A stretch of 64,000 bases of DNA. Source: a virus. A model generated the notes under the pieces. That model saw only the letters and a program-made list of their open reading frames with translations. It was not told where the DNA came from and ran no database searches. Shown piece by piece: positions 44,297-56,500 of this stretch. Within the stretch, counting starts at the first letter, position 1, and every line of letters begins with the position of its first letter. The position numbers were made by a program, and so were the translations under genes. The DNA lies in the IMG/VR virus record IMGVR_UViG_3300030099_007533, positions 1 to 64,000 of that record; one strand, given 5' to 3'.

Positions 44297-45265
44297 TTAG
44301 CTTGTGGCTCTAACAATTCTAACTGGAACATCTATTGTTATTCCGGTTCTACCACCGGATACTCTTACAACAGTGTCAATTACCTTTGCGCTGGTTGAAT
44401 CTGGGAAAAAGTCTGCTACAGTTGTTCCAATCTGATCAAACAAAAAATCACTTGAAGCGATTGTTGATGGAACCACAAAAGATGTTAGAAGGCTTTTCCC
44501 TCTTGGACCCTGTATTGGACTAAACCCAAACTCTGACGACTCGCCTGAAGCAGCCTGTCGTAATGAAGCCTCTAATGTAACATACGTTGCGATGTTGTCA
44601 GTGTCCGTAAATGATTTTGGAAATTGTCGCGCTGTAGTTGGGTCAACTGGGACCAATAGTCTGTCGTCAGACTGAATAAAAAATTCTGTTTCACTTAGAT
44701 CAGGGTCTAAGACATTTTTAAAAGATAGTTGTGTAGTATCAAGCCCTTGGTCAATAACAATTGCCCTATTAGCAGCGCGTTCAACGTTAACTCCATTAAT
44801 AAATCCATCTGGTAGAAAATTAAAACCGGTTGTTAAAGCTGATGTTGATGCTACATATTTATCAACTGCCAACTGGTTAGAGAGGACTACAAAACTATTA
44901 GTTGTTTTGGCGTTAGAAAGACTGGCATAGGGAAACCCCGGAAATTCTGATGAAGAACTCTTCAAGTTTAATCTTGCAACTGGTAAGAACAAAGTTTGAT
45001 TTCTTCCGCTTAAAGTTAGTAATTTGTACTTCATCGCGGAGGAGCTATTTGTGAAAGCCTCAAATACCGGAGTTTTTAAAATGTTTATATCCTTCTCTGC
45101 TGTTGACTTTGTTGTATCATAAAGTTTGTAATTAATTTCATCATCCCCAAAGGCAAAAAAAGAAATTTTGAATGAACCATCGGCTCTTGCTAATCTTTGA
45201 CGACCAATATCTGTTAGAACCGCGTCTAAAATAATATCGCCACTGTTATCTAAAAAACTTGACAT
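44297..45265 (-). CDS. Virion structural protein
   Basis: N-terminal ILDAVLTDIGRQRLAR...FKISFFAFGDDEINY; AGGAG SD and ACTATTTA (45285-45292) upstream. Confidence 0.6.
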   Translation of the reverse strand: MSSFLDNSGDIILDAVLTDIGRQRLARADGSFKISFFAFGDDEINYKLYDTTKSTAEKDINILKTPVFEAFTNSSSAMKYKLLTLSGRNQTLFLPVARLNLKSSSSEFPGFPYASLSNAKTTNSFVVLSNQLAVDKYVASTSALTTGFNFLPDGFINGVNVERAANRAIVIDQGLDTTQLSFKNVLDPDLSETEFFIQSDDRLLVPVDPTTARQFPKSFTDTDNIATYVTLEASLRQAASGESSEFGFSPIQGPRGKSLLTSFVVPSTIASSDFLFDQIGTTVADFFPDSTSAKVIDTVVRVSGGRTGITIDVPVRIVRATS

Positions 45266-45326
45266 GCTTCTCTCCTAAACATAATAAATAGTTTTAAAAT
45301 GCAAAATAACTTTATTCAGCATTCGT

Positions 45327-47879
45327 TTATTCTTCATCCACCCTATAACTAATAAGTACCTTGTCTTTTGTTGTCTGGTCTAAATTAAGAACCCCCGCAT
45401 TTTCACTTGCTTCTTTAAAGTTCTTTTTATAAATAATATTAAAATCAACTTTTCTGCCAGTTTTTTTAGAAGTTAATCTAATCTTAAACTGCGGTCGTGT
45501 CTCCGTGACAGGCGAAAAAACAGTAGGACTCAAATATCCAATTCCATTTTTTTCTGGGTTGGGGGCTTGTTGTAATAACGCTGGTTCAATCCTAAATTTA
45601 TTTCCAAAATTCAACTCTTTTGTTCTTTTTTCTTTACTTGACAAATCATCATAAAGTTGAATTATTGGGAATATTGTGCCGCCGTCGTCAACTATCTCGA
45701 CCTCGTATACTTGACTAAAATAAGATTCTAACCCTGTATAAGATTCACTTTTTGAAGCAAAATAATATTTTGTATCTGGCTCTATGTTAACAACTTTTCC
45801 ATAACCTTCTGAAAAAACATCTATTTTTTTAAATAATTTTAAATCATTTAGATCTTTTGGTGGAGTTTTTGAAAAATATATTTTTATGTTTTTTAATACT
45901 TGTTTGAAAAAATACATTTGTTCTTCAATTGGGTTTACAATCCCCTGTTGTTTTTCATAATATTCTTTTGCTTCTTCATAGCCCTCTGTCCAAAGTTTTT
46001 TTGGAACATTTTTTGTCACAACACCACCAGAAACAAGATTCTCAAAAATAAAAATTAATTTGTTATTCACACCTGTGATTGGAAACACGTTCATAAAAGT
46101 CGGTAATGGCGGCAAATCAACAAAAGAAAACTCTGTATCTACCTTAGATTTACCGACTTTTTTTAAGGAATTTTTTGTGAATCCGCTCTGTTTTGCTTTT
46201 AAGCCTATAGATGTGTAGTTCGCAGGCGAATTTGTTACAACAACTTCAGCGCTATATTTATATTCATATGTTTCTTGTTGGATCAACTCTTGCAATTCAT
46301 ATCCGTATTTTGTTCCATACCTTACTTGTGAATCGTATAAAATGAAATTATTTTCCTGTCCCAAATTATCAACTACAAAGTAAGATTGCGAACCATCATT
46401 GGAGAAAGTCGCAGCAAGTCTTTTTTTCCGAACAATATTTCCAACACTAAGTTGTCCAAAAAACGGAACAAAGTTTCTTGATAGATCAAGCGTTGAAGTT
46501 GTGTTGGCGGATTCAATAATGTTGGACATGAGTTTAATAAGACTTCCATCCAAGAATGTATCTAAATCCTTATCAACAAGGACATCAAAAAAGCTTTTTC
46601 CTATGAGCGTCAAATATAAATTTTGTTTGTATAGTTTTACAGTTTTATCAGTTGCGCCTATTATTTGAGATAAAGAAATACCATTATCAGCCTGTTTTGG
46701 GATCGCAGTATTGTTCTTGATACTTAATTCATTATAATAAGGTAACGATAGATTAATTCTAAGAATGTTTGATTTCACGTTTTCAATATCAAATATTTGA
46801 TTTTGGGCGGCGGTCCAAGATAAAACACTTGTTTGGCACCCCAACCCACCTTCAGGCACATCTTTATTTAAAATATTGTCATTGCCTTCCTTATAAAAAA
46901 GCCTTAAACCGGTTTCAACTTTATCAGCAAGGGCGTTTTTGCACTTTTTAACCTCTTTTGGTGTGCTAAAAAACTTTTTTTCTGATTCAGGCACATTTTG
47001 TAAACTATTATTAAAAAATGGAGAGTTTATATAATTTACCGTGCTAAACCCTTCTATTGAAGAAGGCGGGTTTATTTGCAAATAATTATTTTTATTTTCA
47101 TAAGTTCTTTTATTAACTTGGTCTTTTATAAGCCCTAATAAGGCTGGGAAACCAAAACCCGGATTCTTTAAATAATCTAATAGTGGTTCTTTAGGATTGC
47201 CTGTTGCATAATAATCGCACAGGAAAAAAGCAGCTAATGTCAAAGGTTTTGCTGATTCCGCGTTACCTTTGAAGGTTAAATCGTCTCCAGTCTTTTTTTC
47301 AATATTGTAAGAAAAGATCTGTGAACACCAAAGCCAAAAATAATTTTCTATTAATTTTAATTGTTCATCAGTCTGTTTTGGTCCTGATGTATGGCTTATC
47401 GCTGTACCGCCTATTGTTTCAATAAATTTTTGTTTTATTCCCTCTTCATCAAGGATGACTGGTTCTAAATCTTTTAAAACTTTTTCTATCGCCAAATTAG
47501 TGATAAAATTTATATCTGTATCACCCGAGAGCCGATAATCAAATACCAAGGTGTTATTGTTTAAATTAAAATTTGGTGCCCAAACATAGTTTTTCATAAA
47601 GGCGATTGGGTCCTCAAGATATTTATTTATGTCAAAAAAGTTTCTTAAATTTGTTATGTTGTAATCTTTATAATTGGTAATTGTAAATTTTGGTGAATAA
47701 AATTTTTCCTCTTTAACTTCCGGTGGGGACGCCTCAGAGGCAAATTTGTCAACCTCTGTTAGATCTATAGTTTCAAAATCTATCTTTAATTCATCTTCTT
47801 TTTCGGTTGAAAGGCTTTCATCTGTTGGATTTTCGGAGCCGTAAAGAACATTTTCAACATTTTCTATTTCTATTGTCAT
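45327..47879 (-). CDS. Large hypothetical virion protein with possible Fn3-like C-terminal domains
   Basis: 850 aa; YDSQVRYGTKYGY and IEPDTKYYFA resemble Fn3 strands. Confidence 0.5.
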   Translation of the reverse strand: MTIEIENVENVLYGSENPTDESLSTEKEDELKIDFETIDLTEVDKFASEASPPEVKEEKFYSPKFTITNYKDYNITNLRNFFDINKYLEDPIAFMKNYVWAPNFNLNNNTLVFDYRLSGDTDINFITNLAIEKVLKDLEPVILDEEGIKQKFIETIGGTAISHTSGPKQTDEQLKLIENYFWLWCSQIFSYNIEKKTGDDLTFKGNAESAKPLTLAAFFLCDYYATGNPKEPLLDYLKNPGFGFPALLGLIKDQVNKRTYENKNNYLQINPPSSIEGFSTVNYINSPFFNNSLQNVPESEKKFFSTPKEVKKCKNALADKVETGLRLFYKEGNDNILNKDVPEGGLGCQTSVLSWTAAQNQIFDIENVKSNILRINLSLPYYNELSIKNNTAIPKQADNGISLSQIIGATDKTVKLYKQNLYLTLIGKSFFDVLVDKDLDTFLDGSLIKLMSNIIESANTTSTLDLSRNFVPFFGQLSVGNIVRKKRLAATFSNDGSQSYFVVDNLGQENNFILYDSQVRYGTKYGYELQELIQQETYEYKYSAEVVVTNSPANYTSIGLKAKQSGFTKNSLKKVGKSKVDTEFSFVDLPPLPTFMNVFPITGVNNKLIFIFENLVSGGVVTKNVPKKLWTEGYEEAKEYYEKQQGIVNPIEEQMYFFKQVLKNIKIYFSKTPPKDLNDLKLFKKIDVFSEGYGKVVNIEPDTKYYFASKSESYTGLESYFSQVYEVEIVDDGGTIFPIIQLYDDLSSKEKRTKELNFGNKFRIEPALLQQAPNPEKNGIGYLSPTVFSPVTETRPQFKIRLTSKKTGRKVDFNIIYKKNFKEASENAGVLNLDQTTKDKVLISYRVDEE

Positions 47880-47881
47880 TA

Positions 47882-49585
47882 TTAAATACCACTTCCTACA
47901 ATGTAAAAGTATGAATCGTAAAACTCTTCATAATTATCAAGTCGCGCCAATATTCTCTGCCCCGGCTCTATAAGATCTAAAACTTCTTGTGTTAATTTTT
48001 TAAAATTTAATGCAGAAACTGTTTCTCCAATGTTGTCTAAATAAGACACCTCAACGTCTTGTTCCTTCGTTGTTACAAGCTCTAAAATGCTTTGAGGAAT
48101 TTGAAATCCGATTTTTTCATCCCTTTTTTGATCTGAGTCTCCACAATTAACTTTATTAGTTAAACCACCCTGATTAATTTCATCCTCCTTGGTGGATACA
48201 ACTGAAAAGACTGGTATGGCTTTTAAATTGTTAATTTTTTTAAACGATTGTGCAAGAGCGCTTACATACTTTTTATTGCCATCTTCAACATCAGCGGATA
48301 AAATACTTTTAAAAAATGTTTGGTTGGTTAAGTTAAAAAACTTGTTGTTTTTGTCGCTTTTTATTTTTATTTTTTTCTCAAAATTTTGCTCAAAATAATT
48401 TGGAAAATAATTTGACGAATAAAAAGAAGGCTTTGTGTATTGTGAGGATATATGTTGATTTGCCACGACTCTTTCTGTTGCGGAGTCAAGTTTCTCTGAA
48501 ATTAAAGATGTAATTCCACCAACTAAAAACTCAAAGTCAGCATCAGAAATTATTTCATAATTGTCAAATAAGCTCTTATATTCACTTGGTATTTGTTCGC
48601 CAAAAAATTGTGAAATAATATTAACGACCTCTTGTCTGTTTTTTTCTTGTTCGGCTCCCAGCATTTGTGTTAGAAGCTTTTCTGCAATGCCAATTGTTAT
48701 GTCATTAAAATATAATATAATTTTAAGCTCATAATTTGCAAATGGATTTAATGTCGGTGTAAAAAAATTGTAAAACTTATATTGATCAGTATTTTGTACT
48801 TTAAGTTGTTCAACGCTTTGACTATCAACAATTGCAAGAATATCCTCAAATTCGTATCCAAAATTTGCTGAATCATAAGTTGAAATTTGCACTTTTGTAG
48901 ATATTAAAAATTGAGTAAATTGTTGTTCATCTTCTATTTGAATTAAATTCGGAAATTTTGTTCTTTCATTAATAAATTTTTGTGCGTCTAAGACATAAAA
49001 TCCATCAAGATTGTTTTGATTTGAAAACGAGTAAAGAATATCTGAAGTGTAAGAATTTTCTTTTATAAAATCTGATATAGTCGTTGAATCGCTTTGTTTA
49101 AAAACTTGTAGATCTTTTTGCGATACTGATGTGTTTTCTGTTTTATCAATTATGTCTTGCCTGTTTACCGAAAACAGAAAAACTTGTCCTGTTTCTATCC
49201 CATTGCCAGTTAAAGAAATTAGTATTTTAAAATTTTGACCCGGCGTTTCTTTCAAATCAACCCTGATGGATCGTATCAACTCTTCAGCCTTAAAAATTAT
49301 TTCATTTTTATCAAGAGAAAAAAGTTTTTTCCTTGCCGACTTGTTCAGGATGGACGGAAAGCCAGACTTTTGTAAAGAGATCAAATCATTTTCAGAAAGA
49401 GACATAATTTTTACAGTGTCAAAAAACTCATTAATGTTTGTTATGTTTAAGTCCAAATATAATTTGCCATCTACTTTATAAATATTTGAAGCACTAACGG
49501 ATGTATCCGCTTCCTCCAATGGAAAAACTTGAATACCAGTTAGATTATTTTTTGCTTCAAAATATTTTGTATTATTAACAATCAT
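47882..49585 (-). CDS. Hypothetical protein in the structural module
   Basis: 567-aa AT-rich ORF; no motif recognised. Confidence 0.55.
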   Translation of the reverse strand: MIVNNTKYFEAKNNLTGIQVFPLEEADTSVSASNIYKVDGKLYLDLNITNINEFFDTVKIMSLSENDLISLQKSGFPSILNKSARKKLFSLDKNEIIFKAEELIRSIRVDLKETPGQNFKILISLTGNGIETGQVFLFSVNRQDIIDKTENTSVSQKDLQVFKQSDSTTISDFIKENSYTSDILYSFSNQNNLDGFYVLDAQKFINERTKFPNLIQIEDEQQFTQFLISTKVQISTYDSANFGYEFEDILAIVDSQSVEQLKVQNTDQYKFYNFFTPTLNPFANYELKIILYFNDITIGIAEKLLTQMLGAEQEKNRQEVVNIISQFFGEQIPSEYKSLFDNYEIISDADFEFLVGGITSLISEKLDSATERVVANQHISSQYTKPSFYSSNYFPNYFEQNFEKKIKIKSDKNNKFFNLTNQTFFKSILSADVEDGNKKYVSALAQSFKKINNLKAIPVFSVVSTKEDEINQGGLTNKVNCGDSDQKRDEKIGFQIPQSILELVTTKEQDVEVSYLDNIGETVSALNFKKLTQEVLDLIEPGQRILARLDNYEEFYDSYFYIVGSGI

Positions 49586-49596
49586 ATTCTACTTCC

Positions 49597-50532
49597 CTAC
49601 ACATCAACACATTCATCGTCTACTTTTTCAATTTCCACTTCCTCGTCTACAAAAGTGAATCCCTCTCTTGCCGCTTCCACTTCCTCATCAGTTGAAATGT
49701 TAAAATACCACCCAACAGAAGTTGGATTTAAATTTTCCTCTTCAAAGTAAAGCTGATCTAAGCTGGCTGTTTGAAAATTGTCTGTGTATCGGTATTTAAA
49801 CACTTCTAATGTAAAATCCTCTTTACCACTTAAAACATTTTTTTCTTCGACTGATATTGTAAAATCATTAAACGCTTTATTAAATAAAATAAACGTGTTG
49901 TCCCCAGACTTTCTGAAAAGATCTTTAAAATCTATATTTAAATTTTCTTGAACATCAGAATAGTAAACTGATTCTGTATCATTTTTATCAAACGAAAATT
50001 GATTGTAGTCATAACTACAACTTAAAGATAACTGTGGAATTTTTTCGAAAGATGGTCCAATAGTCCCACCGTGAATGTCGGATGAAGTGAAAGATATTTC
50101 TGTTGAGCCTGTGAAAAGAGTTCCGTCGTCAGCAAGTACTTCCCACGCAGGTTTATAGTTTGAATATGGAGTAAAAGTCCCCAAACCCTCTATTTGTTTA
50201 TTTTCTTTTTTAAAGGTGGGAAGGACTGTTATTCCAACCCCTTTTAAAAACTCATCAAGGAATAATGATAAAGCTTCCTCTTGTAAAACTTGATAGTTTT
50301 TTACGCCCTGCTTGGCTGTCGGGGATCTAAGAGTTAATTTATCTTTTATTCTTGTTTTTATTTCGTTCTGTTCTTCCACAGAGCCAGACCTTATATATTG
50401 CAAGTCATAAACAACGTCGTCATCCATAAATTCGTAGTGAGTTGGCTTAAACCTACCTTGAGATAAAAGCTGACGACCCAATCGTGTTAATTGAACTTCT
50501 ATTACTTCCTCTTTTTTGTTAAAAAACGTCAT
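49597..50532 (-). CDS. Virion structural protein, N-terminus paralogous to 44297-45265
   Basis: VIEVQLTRLGRQLLSQGRFKPTHYEFMDDDVVY; ACTAATTA at 50547-50554 upstream. Confidence 0.6.
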   Translation of the reverse strand: MTFFNKKEEVIEVQLTRLGRQLLSQGRFKPTHYEFMDDDVVYDLQYIRSGSVEEQNEIKTRIKDKLTLRSPTAKQGVKNYQVLQEEALSLFLDEFLKGVGITVLPTFKKENKQIEGLGTFTPYSNYKPAWEVLADDGTLFTGSTEISFTSSDIHGGTIGPSFEKIPQLSLSCSYDYNQFSFDKNDTESVYYSDVQENLNIDFKDLFRKSGDNTFILFNKAFNDFTISVEEKNVLSGKEDFTLEVFKYRYTDNFQTASLDQLYFEEENLNPTSVGWYFNISTDEEVEAAREGFTFVDEEVEIEKVDDECVDV

Positions 50533-50558
50533 AATTTTTCTCTATATAATTAGTTGTC

Positions 50559-53500
50559 CTAACATTTCCCTTGAAGTTCCTGCAATCGCCTCAAAGCTTC
50601 TGGATCCATAGCATCTCCAACCTCGTTCTGAATTTCTGATAAGATTTGCAGTTCCGCAAGTTCCTCGTCTGTGCATAACTCTGGGTCACCTGCCTCAACG
50701 GATTCGGGGTCTGGACTGTCTGCGTCTATAGCGCCAAAGTCCACTGCTTCAAAACTGGCAACTGCCGCTGTTGCAAAAGTTGTTGCTGGTGTAGAAACCA
50801 CTGCCGCAGTTCTTTCTGGCTCAGGAGAAGTAAATTCTGGCTCCCGCTCTGGCTCTCTTTCTGGCTCAGGCTCTGGTGAGGTAAATGGTATGAAAGTTTC
50901 TGGTAGTGGAACAAATTCAAAGCTCTCTGGCTGTTCTGTCACAGGCTCTGGTCTTGGGCATTTTCTTAATAATTCTTGCAGTCTGTTGGATTCTCTTGGA
51001 GTTAGCGTACCCCCAATAGGACCACCCAATGCGCTCTGAGTAGGCTGGCTTTTATTTATGAGAAGCTGCAACTCTCTTGCGTCCTCGTCAGAACAAACAC
51101 TTGTTTCTACTTGGCTTGTTGGTTGTAGTTGCGTATTTACTTCTATGGGCTGTCCCAAATTAAGTGCTTTAGCCAGTGCGTCTTCTGGTTTGATATATCC
51201 TCCACCAGCAATCTGTTTAATTCTATTTGGATTATCGTTCCGCACTTCAAATTCTACGTCCATCTTTCCAAGCTCAACTAAGCTAAATTGATCGTATGGA
51301 TAGTTGTAAGAAAAGCGGGATGCACCTGATGTTTTATAGGCGCGGACCCCTGTTTTATTTTCAAGCATCTTGTAATAATCGTAGTTTGCCCTCTTTTTGA
51401 CTTTAAACATTTTCCAGCGTATGTCGTTTGGAATTGAATTTAGACCATTATATCTAAAAATTGTTGGTGATAATAATTCTCCATCAACAATCGGGTGTTC
51501 TAAGACTACTTTTTGTTTTTGTGCTTTGGTAGCTATTTCTGGCATCACTCCTTGCCAGATATTTGCCAAGTCTTGTTTAGTTAAATCACTTGAGAATTCA
51601 AAGAAATACATGGCAAAGGGCGGATAAGCTGGTTCAAATGATTGCTTTGTTCTAAGAATTTGTCTTGCTTCGTCTCTCGTATGAACAAAATCATAGACGG
51701 GAGGCAAAACATACTTATCCATTTTCGTGATCATGTTAGAAATTGAATCTTCTGTTACTTGGTTATTTCTTACTAAACTATATCTATTTTCAAAAATGTT
51801 TATTGGCAATTCAAAAAATTTCTCTTCGCCAGTTTTACAGTCAACAAAGAAGGGGACCGCACAAACTGCTTCTTCAATCACTTGTCGCGGCTTAATTTTT
51901 CCAAACGCTTTAGCCGTTGGTTCAAACCCAACCGCCTGTATTAACGAACCTGTTAGAGCAGGATTGGTGGTCGTAGTTTCATCCAAACTTATATGAACAC
52001 GCTTTCTATCAACTGCTGATGCAAGTTCGCCATATTGATGCCACATACCTTGTGTTGCTTCGCCGGGACCAAAAGTTGTAGCGGTGACGTTTACAAAATT
52101 TAAAACTGGGCATTCCCATTTAGATCTAATTGTCCATCTATCCTCTTCTCCTAATTCAAACATGTCAATACTTGCAGTTATTTTCATAAAGTCTGCGCCA
52201 GCCACAGCCTCTGATAAATAAGAGGTGTGCTCTATTGTTGAATTGGCGACAATATCTGCCAAACTAAATGTTGTCTGCCCTCTTCTGTTTGTTGTGGATA
52301 GAAGGTTGGTTGGGTCAAACACTAAAGTTGCTTTTGTAAAACCGCCGCGTGTTACGCCAACGTTTTGTATATTTTTTACAGGACTTGCAGTTGCCTGTGT
52401 ATAAGAGCCCGGTGGTGCGTGATGATTATATGGGAACGGTCCAAACGCTGCTGGGTTACCATATTGTATAAACTCGGATGGGCTTACTATTGTAATATCC
52501 ATTGCAAATTTTTTGACTTCTGAGCCAACGCTAAGTGGACCTTCAAACTGCCATTGTTCTTCAGGTGAAGATTTAAAATTTGTTAAATCATCCAAGAAAA
52601 ACTCTGGTACCTCAGCAAAAAAGTTGTGTGCCATCAATTCATATATGCCGTCACTTCTATTGACAGAACCACTACTATCAATTTGTGTCGATCCGCTGTT
52701 AACTATGTGCTCAATCCTACTAACATATTCGCTTGGAGTAATGATCGCTTCAAATGGGGCAATTGAATTATAGGCTTCTGTCATGCTGGCTGACGGATTT
52801 TGTGCTGTAGCGGATTTGTATGGGAACTCGACTGCAAAACCAGCTTTAATTGAATTTAATCCAATCCCCGGTGCCCAGAACGGCATTAATGTAGTCTCTT
52901 GCGAAGCATTGCTCCCCAAAGGAACTGGATCTCCTGAGAAGGCTCCCGGCAAAGCATATTCTGAATTTGCATGAGAGGATGAAAACTGTTGGGCTAATTG
53001 AATAACCCTTTGTTGCGGATAAAATCCTGTCTTTGGAAGTAATTTTTTAGTTGTATCAAATGTCAGTCTAATTGCAGTTGGTTCGCCATAAAAATCTTTT
53101 AATTGTTCAAGGTAAGTTATTTTTTCAGTTTTTCCATAACGCTCAGAAAAAGAATTGCCAGATAGAGTATCGCTTCCAGTTAAAGAAAAACCATATACCT
53201 CTTCTTTAAGAAAGTCACCATCATTTTCACTAATGATCGTGTGAATAAAGTCTGAGATGGCAAATTCTGGAATTATTGTCTGATCCTGTCCGATTAGTCT
53301 TGTATCTTCTGCAAATTTGTCATAACTTGTGTAAAAAGCTCCAGTCCCTGCTTGAGCTTGAACTAAATTGTTTGGACGACCCGACCCAGTTGACTCAAAC
53401 ATGTATCTTGCATTTGCCTCTCCATGGCGTTGTGGATCGCCATTTGAGCCAGTATTTCTCATCAATTCGCCTGATTTCTCTTCTTGAAAAGAACCAGATA

Positions 53501-56500
53501 TACTAACGTCCATGGACCACTGACTGCCATTTATTGTGTAGCCCTGTGAGTTAACAAATGTGCTTGCAGTTCGAACCTCTAAATCATCGCTTATCCAGAA
53601 AGATACATAGTCTAAACGCTCTCTTGTAGATTCCTTGTAAACATTTTCATCTTTCGGGTAAACAGTTTCTTTATAATTTATAATATTAAACTTTTGGCTA
53701 AACTTATAGAAATCTGTGTTATAGATGTTGACTGCCGGTGTGTCTAATTCCAGACTGTAATCTTTAATCTCATTAGACGGGGCTTCATAAACATTGGCAT
53801 AATAACAAAGATCATTGCCAAGTTCATATTGAATTGTGCCGGTTCCCTCATCAATAAACTGTTGAACTGGCTTAAATTTAGAAGTGACGGGCGTCTGATT
53901 AACAGAGAACTGTGCGCCAAATCTCTCTAATCTCTGTCGGTCATCACTTAGCACATCAATTTGATTTCTATATATGTTTTTTCTCTTGTATTCTCTTCCA
54001 ACTCTATGTTCGCCACCTCTTATTTGTTTAAATGTTGGGTGTTGGTATGGACCATTATTGCTCAACAATAGACCGTTTAAAACGTAGGGTGCTGTCGCTG
54101 CTGAAAATTCCGGCAAATTATAATAATCACCGGGTCCATCAGAAGTAGAGGCGGTTGTAAATAAGTTTTTATCCAAAATGACATCGCCAACAATAACGTA
54201 ATTTGTCCCATTAAATGCAACAGAAACTGGTATATTGCTACCCACACCATACTCAATATGACCTTCAGCAATGTATCTTATGTTATCTGAGAAAATATAT
54301 CCATAGATAGGGGAATAATCACTTGACGAAATATCGGGATTGAAATCGCTCGTATTTTGATGGAAAGCTGGGTTTACATTCGTCCCGGTTAACAGACCTG
54401 ATGTGGAATGCAATGTAGCGTTATTTGGGTATCCTGTTTTTCTTGCAATCCACGAACTTGCCACCCAACGATATTGCACGTCTGTTCTTGGTATGCCATG
54501 ACCAACATAAGAATTATCAAAAATAGGCTGAGGTGTATCTAAGGTATCTGATAACCTATACACTCCGTTTCTTTGAGTCTTGTAGAAAGCTCCTGATGGC
54601 TGTAATAGAACAGAATCATAGCCTCCACTTAAAGTGTGGCGTGTTAACAACTCATTGTTGTCTAAGCGAACAATAAGATTCCTATAATTTAGATTGTTGT
54701 ATGCCGAATATTCTGCTGCCTCCACATCAAGATATGCTAAAGAATTTACTTCTGGTCCACCGGGGGCGCTAAACCTATTAACAATAACAAACTTATTGCT
54801 ACCTGTGTGTTCTCTATCTAAGATTCTAAAGTCTTTAAAGAAAAATAATCCATCTTCATCATAGCTTAAACTACTTGAAGCATTAACCGAGCCAGTAAAA
54901 CCATTAGATTTAACGTAGTATCTATTATTTTCTCGACGCCCACTTGTCTGAATTATTTCATAATCTTTAAAATAATTTGACCCGCTAATATTTTTAATGT
55001 TTACAGGTCTTTTAGCTGCTGTTTCTCTTAGCCAAAAACCAAGGGGTCTATCACTCAAATATTCAGGCTCTGGATTGGATGAAGCGCTGACCATACGAGG
55101 GTTGTTAAGATGTATGGTTGTTGGGGTGCTCTCAACTATGTTTAGCTGGTATCCCTCCTTTCTGATGCGCGGATCAGTTTCTAATAAATTGCCATGGCGA
55201 TACATATAACCGCCAACATTTTCCTCTGTAAATGGACCTTGAAGATTACTGCCCTCGACCCCATTAAAGTCTCTATGTTTTGTCTCAATTTTTATTTCTA
55301 AGTTCCTATCAAACAAATATTGTTGATAAGCAGATGTAACTTTAGACGCGCTTAAAACATCAAACGGCAAGTATTTTTGTCCAGACAACACTCTTTCGTT
55401 TGTTTGGTCTATAATACTTAAAGGAGTTATCCTATTGTCATCATATGTTTTATCTGGTGCTTCTTCATAATCATAATATGGTTTCCCATGAACATTTGTG
55501 ACAGTGGATCTCACATGCATAGAAATTCCATCTTGTCCAACTGTTCCACTTGACACCCTAAATGAATTTGGAAAATAATTTTTTCTATTTTCACCAGCGA
55601 AGCCAACATTCGTTCCAATCGCTCTTGTAGCATCGGCTCTAAAAACATATGGTGTTTGACGGGATCCAGTAACTACTTGGAATTGATTTATTCTTGTTTG
55701 TGCTCTATTAACATCAACACTATCAACACCACTCGCTAAAAACTCGCCGGGACCTCTTTCAACTCTGGTGTTGTACCAAAAAGTTGCATCGCCTTGCCTC
55801 ATGGTTGAGACTTCATTTGGCGCTCTAATTTCTTGAGTTATATAAGGTAATTCAGAGGCTTTTGGCTTCGGTCTAAGACTTGTTCTTTCTCGACGGCGTT
55901 TTGCCTTTCTAATTTCCTCTGGTAATTTCTTAGAAATGTTTATATTATTACCAGCCGGAATGGTTAAATCGAGGTCGGGTGATGCGGGGATTGTTAAACT
56001 GGGATCATTACAATTTTCTCCCTTGCAGGGATTGTCCTCTGGGGGCTTTATAAAGTCTTCTTTTTTATATTCTTTAAGGGAAATATATTTATGAATATAT
56101 TTGCTTCTTTCCAATATATGGCTTTCAACTATATTTCTAACTTTGTCAGAAGTTTTTGAAGACGCCGGAATTAAGTTTGATATCACGCTTTCTAAAGCGC
56201 CATCAAGCCACTTATATAAATTAACAAATTTATCTAAATCAGGATCATTTTTAATATTTTCAAAAAATAATTCTCTTAGTTTTTCCAAGTTTTTGTAATT
56301 TGGTCTGTACATGTTGACCGGGTTGCCAATCAAACTATTGAAATCACTAATTGACGCAAAGAAGCCCAACATTTCTCTTGAGATTGTATCGTACAAGCTT
56401 GTTTCAACTGCAAAATAATATTTGCTTGGGCGGCTCTCTCTTGTAAACAAAGAATCATCACCTTCCCTGATTTCAACTAAATCTGAACTGTATAAATTCT

